Positions 59,551 through 64,000 of a DNA stretch of 64,000 nucleotides are shown piece by piece. Under the pieces are notes generated by a model, which made no database searches, had not been told where the DNA came from, and saw only the letters and a list, made by a program, of their open reading frames with translations. The position numbers and the translations under genes were made by a program. The DNA comes from a bacterium (GTDB lineage: Bacteria > Joyebacterota > Joyebacteria > Joyebacterales > Joyebacteraceae): the NCBI GenBank assembly GCA_025774245.1, contig JALGWI010000001.1, positions 20,599 through 84,598 on the forward strand, given 5' to 3'. How positions within the stretch are numbered: position 1 is the first letter of the stretch; each line of letters starts with the position of its first letter.

Positions 59551-60357
59551 GTGACATCCTGGCGCTTCCTCGACACGGGGGCGCGCGACGGCGCGACCAA
59601 CATGGCGATCGACGAGGCGCTCCTCCTGGGAGTCCAGCGGGGGAGCTCTCGGCCGACGGTGCGCGTCTACGCGTGGGACCCGCCGACGGTGTCGACCGGC
59701 CACTCGCAGCGCGCGGAGGACGAGCTCGACCTTGCGGCCTGCGGGCGGGCGGGCGTCGGGGTCGTGCGGCGGCCGACCGGCGGACGCGCGGTGCTGCACG
59801 CCGGCGAGCTTACCTACTCGGTGACGGGCCCCTCGTGTGTCCCGCCGCTCGGGGGGACCATCATGGAGTCGTACCGCGCCGTGGCGCTCGGGCTGATCGC
59901 GGCCCTCCGGTCCTTAGGCGTCGACGCCGAGTTCGAGCGCGTGGCCACGGAGGCGCGGGGGAGGGAGGGCGGCGCGAGCCCGCCGTGCTTCGTGAGCGCC
60001 GGCCGCTTCGAGATCGTGGTCGGCGGGCGCAAGCTCGTGGGGAGCGCGCAGAGACGCGCCGAGGGAGCAGTGCTGCAACACGGCTCGCTCCTCCTCGACG
60101 GCACGCACGCCGGGCTCGCCGACCTCGTGCACGCGCGCAACGAGCGGGAGCGAGCCGTGTTACGGCGCTCCCTCGAATCGAAGACGACCGACCTCTCGAC
60201 CATCCTGGGTCGCGGCGTCGCGTTCGACGAGATCGCTCCGGCGATCAGGGGCGGATTCGGGGAAGCGTGGGGCATCGAACTGGCTGAGGGGCCGCTCACC
60301 GAACCCGAGATGGAGGAGGCCCAGCACCTTGCAACTGGCTATGAGCTGGTCGCTTAG
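59551..60357 (+). CDS. Lipoate-protein ligase / octanoyltransferase (LplA/LipM family, catalytic domain only)
   Basis: WR..DTG..DGATNMAIDEAL, RRPTGGRAVLH..ELTYS, CF, GRKLVGSAQ.R, LQHGS. Confidence 0.9.
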   Translation: MTSWRFLDTGARDGATNMAIDEALLLGVQRGSSRPTVRVYAWDPPTVSTGHSQRAEDELDLAACGRAGVGVVRRPTGGRAVLHAGELTYSVTGPSCVPPLGGTIMESYRAVALGLIAALRSLGVDAEFERVATEARGREGGASPPCFVSAGRFEIVVGGRKLVGSAQRRAEGAVLQHGSLLLDGTHAGLADLVHARNERERAVLRRSLESKTTDLSTILGRGVAFDEIAPAIRGGFGEAWGIELAEGPLTEPEMEEAQHLATGYELVA

Positions 60358-60373
60358 ACGCGGCAGAAAGCAG

Positions 60374-60402
60374 TTGACAGTCCTTGCGCAGCGGTGTAGC
60401 AT
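60374..60402 (+). promoter_or_regulatory. Sigma70-like promoter for the TonB-dependent receptor locus
   Basis: TTGACA-N17-TAGCAT about 100 nt upstream of the ATG at 60500. Confidence 0.6.
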
Positions 60403-60499
60403 GCCAAGTAGAGGAGACGAGCGACCGGTCCTCGCCTATTCCCCGGGCGAAGCAGCGTGTATCTGTGTGCCGGACAACCCCCGAGGAGATGATGAGAGA

Positions 60500-63244
60500 A
60501 TGAGACTACCGAGACCGAAGTCCCGGGAGAACGGACTCGCATGTGTGCTTCTCGCGTGCATTCTCGTGACGCTCATGGCCTCGGTCCCCGCGTTTGGGCA
60601 GGGGACGGGCAAGATCACGGGGGTTGTGTCCGACGGCGACACGGGGGGCCCCCTCGCGTGGGGCAACGTGTCCGTCGTGGGGACGCCCTACGGCGCCACG
60701 ACGAACCAGGCGGGCGAGTACGTCATCGACTTCGTGCCCGTGGGTACGTATGTCGTGCAGGCGTCGTTCATGGGTTACACGGCGCAGAGGGTGGCGGACG
60801 TGGCGGTGACGCAGGATCGCTCGACCGAGGTCAACTTCGTGCTCCCCAGTGAGATTCTGGAGGCTGAGGAGGTGGTCGTCGAGGCTCTGCGGCCGATTAT
60901 CGACACCGAGGCCACCGCAACGCGCAGGCAGATGGACAGCGAAGAGGTCAAGGTCCGGCCGATCAACACCATCGAGGAGGCGATCGCGACGCAGCCGGGC
61001 GTCGTCCTGCACGAGGGCGAGATCCACGTGCGAGGCGGCCGAGCCGGCGAGGTCAAGATGTACGTCGACGGCGTGGCCATCAGCAACAACGCGACCGGCA
61101 CTGGCGGCCTCGAGGTCAGCCTCTCCTCGCTGTCCGAGTTCGAGCTCCTCTCGGGTGGATTCGACGCCGAGTACGGCAACGTGCAGTCGGGCGTCATCAA
61201 CCTCCAGACGAGAGAGGGCGGCAGGAAATTCTCGGGCGAGGTCAGGTACCTGACCGACGACTTCGGAGCGCCCGAGAAGACCTACGACAACTTCGACAAC
61301 CTGAGGTTCGGCATGGGCGGTCCGCTCTTCACCGAGAAGCTCCGTTACTACGTCTCCGGCGAGGGGCGCTTCAGCGACACCTACCTCAAGACGAGCGAGG
61401 TCAGGCCGCGGACCGAGCACGAGATCCTCGGGTTCAGCGTCACGGCTCGCGAGCGCCAGGCCGCCCTCGTCTCCGGCCAGGGCAAGATCTCTTACTTCCT
61501 GACGCCCACGAGGAAGCTCACCGGCGAGTATCTGATGTCGCAGACCAGGTCCGACTACTACGACCACCGCTACTCGCGCCTGGGCTACTGGTCGCGCGAG
61601 TACGAGGATTGGTCGCACGTGGCGCTCGACACGACCTACGCGGCGTACAACGCGGCCGAGCACACGCCCGAGACGGTCACCGAGTTCACGCAGACGAAGT
61701 TCTCGTGGCGGGACGCCGTGAGCCCCACGACGTTCTACACGCTGCGGGTGGCCTGGTTCAGCTCCGACCAGACGTTCCAGCTCAACGAGGATCCGAACAG
61801 GTACTGGTGGGAGGCCTACGTCGCCGGCGCGCGCTTCACCGACCCCGACTCGAACGGCAACCTGAACCCCGAGCCGGGATACTACAGGGTCTGGGGAGAC
61901 CTGCTCGGGTGGACCCATCAGGTCAGCAAGGCGACGACGATCAAGGCCGACCTCACGAACCAGAGCAGCGCGACGCACCAGCTCAAGAGCGGCTTCGAGA
62001 TCGTGTACAACGAGCTCGACGTCACCGAGTTGTCCCTGGGGAGTCTCATCCCGAGCGCGAGCGACACGCTCGTGGATGGCTACAAGTTCTTCGACTGGGA
62101 CAGGGCGCTCAACACTGACGAGCGCAACTTGCACAACATCTACAACGGCTTCCCCGCGAATGGCGCCATCTACCTGCAGGACAGGATGCGATACGAGGGG
62201 ATGATCGTGAGGGCGGGCCTGAGGCTCGACTGGTCCGATCCGGGCCCGGCCTCGGGCGTCGGCGAGTACCAGATCTGGCGTGAGAGGATGAAGGCGGTCC
62301 TCTCGCCGAGGCTCGGCATCGCTCACCCGATCTCCGACCGGGACGCGCTCCACTTCCACTACGGCAGGTTCTACCAGATGCCGCACCTCACCGCCTACTA
62401 CGAGGCGGGGGAGGATCTCGAGAACGCGGCCGCCGGCCGGGTGATCGGTTACTCCGGCCTCGAGCCCGAGGTCACGACGTCGTACCAGTTCGGCGCGGAG
62501 CACCAGTTCTCCCAGAACCTGGCGATGGACGTGACCGGGTTCTACAAGGACATCTTCGGGCTCCTCGCGACGGAGACGTTCAGAAGAGGGCCGACCGAGG
62601 GCACGGTCTATCCATACGTGAACAAGGACTACGCGTCCGTGAGGGGGGTCGAGTTCAAGCTCACGAAGCGGTTCTCGAATTACTTCTCGGGCAACTTCAG
62701 CTACACCTGGCTCCACGCGACCGGCGTATCGTCCGACCCGAATCAGGGTGCCCAGGCCGACCAGGACGACGCGATCAAGCGTGAGCCTCTGAAGGAGATC
62801 CCGCTCGACTGGGACGAGCGGCACACCGTGACCGGGTTCCTCTTCTTCAGCGATCCGGGGAACTGGGAGGTCACGTTTGACTATAACTACGGCAGCGGGT
62901 CGCCCTACACCCCTCAGTTCCTGGGGCAGAAGGTCATCATCCCCGAGACCGTGAACTCCGGGAGGCTGCCGTCGCACCAGGTGCTGAACATGCGGGGCAC
63001 CAAGAAGTACAAGCTGTACGGTCAGGAGTTCAGGCTGTTTTTCGAGGCACTGAACGTCTTCGACAAGAGGAACGTCGTCCGTCTCGGCGCCTACGGAGCG
63101 GAGTACTACACCGAGGCGGGAGACCCGGGCGGGGGCTTCGTGGAGGTCGACCAGGAGGGCCGTGAGTATCTCCAGCCGCTTCGTGATCCGTCGTCCTACG
63201 CGGAGGGCCTCACCATCAGAATCGGCGTCGCCATCGATTGGTAG
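60500..63244 (+). CDS. TonB-dependent receptor with N-terminal carboxypeptidase-regulatory-like domain
   Basis: Signal peptide; GKITGVV.D..TG.PL..NV..GT..GA.T...GEY; plug HVRGGR..EV..YVDG, SGGFDAEYG..QSGVIN; barrel SPRLGIAHPIS, HYGRFYQ.P, LEPE.T; C-terminal W. Confidence 0.9.
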   Translation: MRLPRPKSRENGLACVLLACILVTLMASVPAFGQGTGKITGVVSDGDTGGPLAWGNVSVVGTPYGATTNQAGEYVIDFVPVGTYVVQASFMGYTAQRVADVAVTQDRSTEVNFVLPSEILEAEEVVVEALRPIIDTEATATRRQMDSEEVKVRPINTIEEAIATQPGVVLHEGEIHVRGGRAGEVKMYVDGVAISNNATGTGGLEVSLSSLSEFELLSGGFDAEYGNVQSGVINLQTREGGRKFSGEVRYLTDDFGAPEKTYDNFDNLRFGMGGPLFTEKLRYYVSGEGRFSDTYLKTSEVRPRTEHEILGFSVTARERQAALVSGQGKISYFLTPTRKLTGEYLMSQTRSDYYDHRYSRLGYWSREYEDWSHVALDTTYAAYNAAEHTPETVTEFTQTKFSWRDAVSPTTFYTLRVAWFSSDQTFQLNEDPNRYWWEAYVAGARFTDPDSNGNLNPEPGYYRVWGDLLGWTHQVSKATTIKADLTNQSSATHQLKSGFEIVYNELDVTELSLGSLIPSASDTLVDGYKFFDWDRALNTDERNLHNIYNGFPANGAIYLQDRMRYEGMIVRAGLRLDWSDPGPASGVGEYQIWRERMKAVLSPRLGIAHPISDRDALHFHYGRFYQMPHLTAYYEAGEDLENAAAGRVIGYSGLEPEVTTSYQFGAEHQFSQNLAMDVTGFYKDIFGLLATETFRRGPTEGTVYPYVNKDYASVRGVEFKLTKRFSNYFSGNFSYTWLHATGVSSDPNQGAQADQDDAIKREPLKEIPLDWDERHTVTGFLFFSDPGNWEVTFDYNYGSGSPYTPQFLGQKVIIPETVNSGRLPSHQVLNMRGTKKYKLYGQEFRLFFEALNVFDKRNVVRLGAYGAEYYTEAGDPGGGFVEVDQEGREYLQPLRDPSSYAEGLTIRIGVAIDW

Positions 63245-63375
63245 CCGGTGCCATGAAGCCAGGGGGAGCGGGCGCATCGCCCGAGCGCCCGCCGTCATGA
63301 ACTTCCACGAGGCATCGACGCCGGGGTGACGACGTCAAAGACCATGTACCAGCAGTGTCCGCACGGAGGTAGTGG

Positions 63376-64000
63376 ATGACACTTGGCAGCACGGGGCGAA
63401 GGGCAGGTGGCGCTCCCGGACGGGCGGAGCGCTTTCTAGCAGGAACGACCCTCACGTTGCTCGTCGGCCTGTTTCTGGTGTCGGCCGTGGAGGTCGCGCC
63501 GGCGAGGATGGATCCGTCCGATCGCGGTCTGAACGAGCAGGCCCAGGCGGTGCATAACTCGCGCGTCTATCAGTTCTACGGCTGGTACCACAGCGTCGGC
63601 CAGCTTCTCCTGCACGTGTCGAACCTCGGCTACTTCGGGGACTGGGACGCGGACCTGACGGCGCCTTCGGCCGAGTGGCCGGCGGGGAGCGGGCACGAGT
63701 ACCTGTACGCGGGTGGAATCTGGGTCGGCGGGATCGTGCTCAATCCCGTCACGGGGTTGCAGGACACGCTCGTCTCGGCCGCCGTCTACCAGCAGGAGTT
63801 CCGCCCTAATCCCGACGACCTCCTCGACACGATCTTCGAGACGTGGGAGGGCGCGGCCAACAGCATCCGGCTCGGTGACGACGACAACGACTGCGGCCCA
63901 CCCCACGTCCCCGATCCGCACAATCCGTTCGAGTGGTTCGACGAGGATCCGTTCGACGGCGTCGACAACGACGACGACGGGCTGACCGACGAGGACTACG
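63376..64000 (+). CDS. Secreted protein, 5' part only (acidic, DxDNDxDG Ca-binding-like motifs); not in the supplied ORF track
   Basis: ATG at 63376 after GGAGGT; frame stays open to the window end. Hydrophobic signal, then HSVGQLLLHVSNLGYFG, SAEWPAGSGHEYLYAGGIWVGG and DEDPFDGVDNDDDGLTDEDY. Confidence 0.75.
   Translation, partial: MTLGSTGRRAGGAPGRAERFLAGTTLTLLVGLFLVSAVEVAPARMDPSDRGLNEQAQAVHNSRVYQFYGWYHSVGQLLLHVSNLGYFGDWDADLTAPSAEWPAGSGHEYLYAGGIWVGGIVLNPVTGLQDTLVSAAVYQQEFRPNPDDLLDTIFETWEGAANSIRLGDDDNDCGPPHVPDPHNPFEWFDEDPFDGVDNDDDGLTDEDY

Overview
High-GC chromosomal window from what looks like an anaerobic, diderm (LPS-making) bacterium. FlgD-Ig/Por-type C-terminal domains and a TonB-dependent receptor suggest an FCB-related candidate lineage (inference). 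Almost all genes lie on the + strand. In order: a partial Fe-S protein, lipid A acyltransferase, two outer-membrane beta-barrels (one frameshifted near its 3' end), DUF3467, a three-repeat DUF4046-like protein and split hldE (rfaE1/rfaE2). Next is a long energy cluster: an ArcE/cDPGS-like P-loop enzyme, sucCD, a four-subunit 2-oxoacid:ferredoxin oxidoreductase, ndk and a HydABC/Bfu-like trimer with a GltD + degenerate molybdopterin-fold fusion. Then rpmF-plsX-fabHDG-acpP-fabF-rnc, acyl-CoA dehydrogenase-EtfBA of bifurcating type, two tandem modular secreted beta-helix proteins, a degenerate alkaline-phosphatase-fold protein, uvrA, a methyltransferase and gcvT-H-PA-PB. The best candidate for an undescribed system lies between the gcv genes and a lipoate ligase (48078-59423). 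It comprises two small hypotheticals, a GlmL/MutL-type ASKHA ATPase with no glutamate mutase in the window, a barrel-sandwich-hybrid protein and two tandem copies of a four-gene membrane cassette (FN3-DUF6754 plus three membrane proteins). The window ends with a TonB-dependent receptor and a partial secreted protein. No rRNA, tRNA, CRISPR array or mobile element was recognised. All family calls come from motif recognition by eye, not from database searches.
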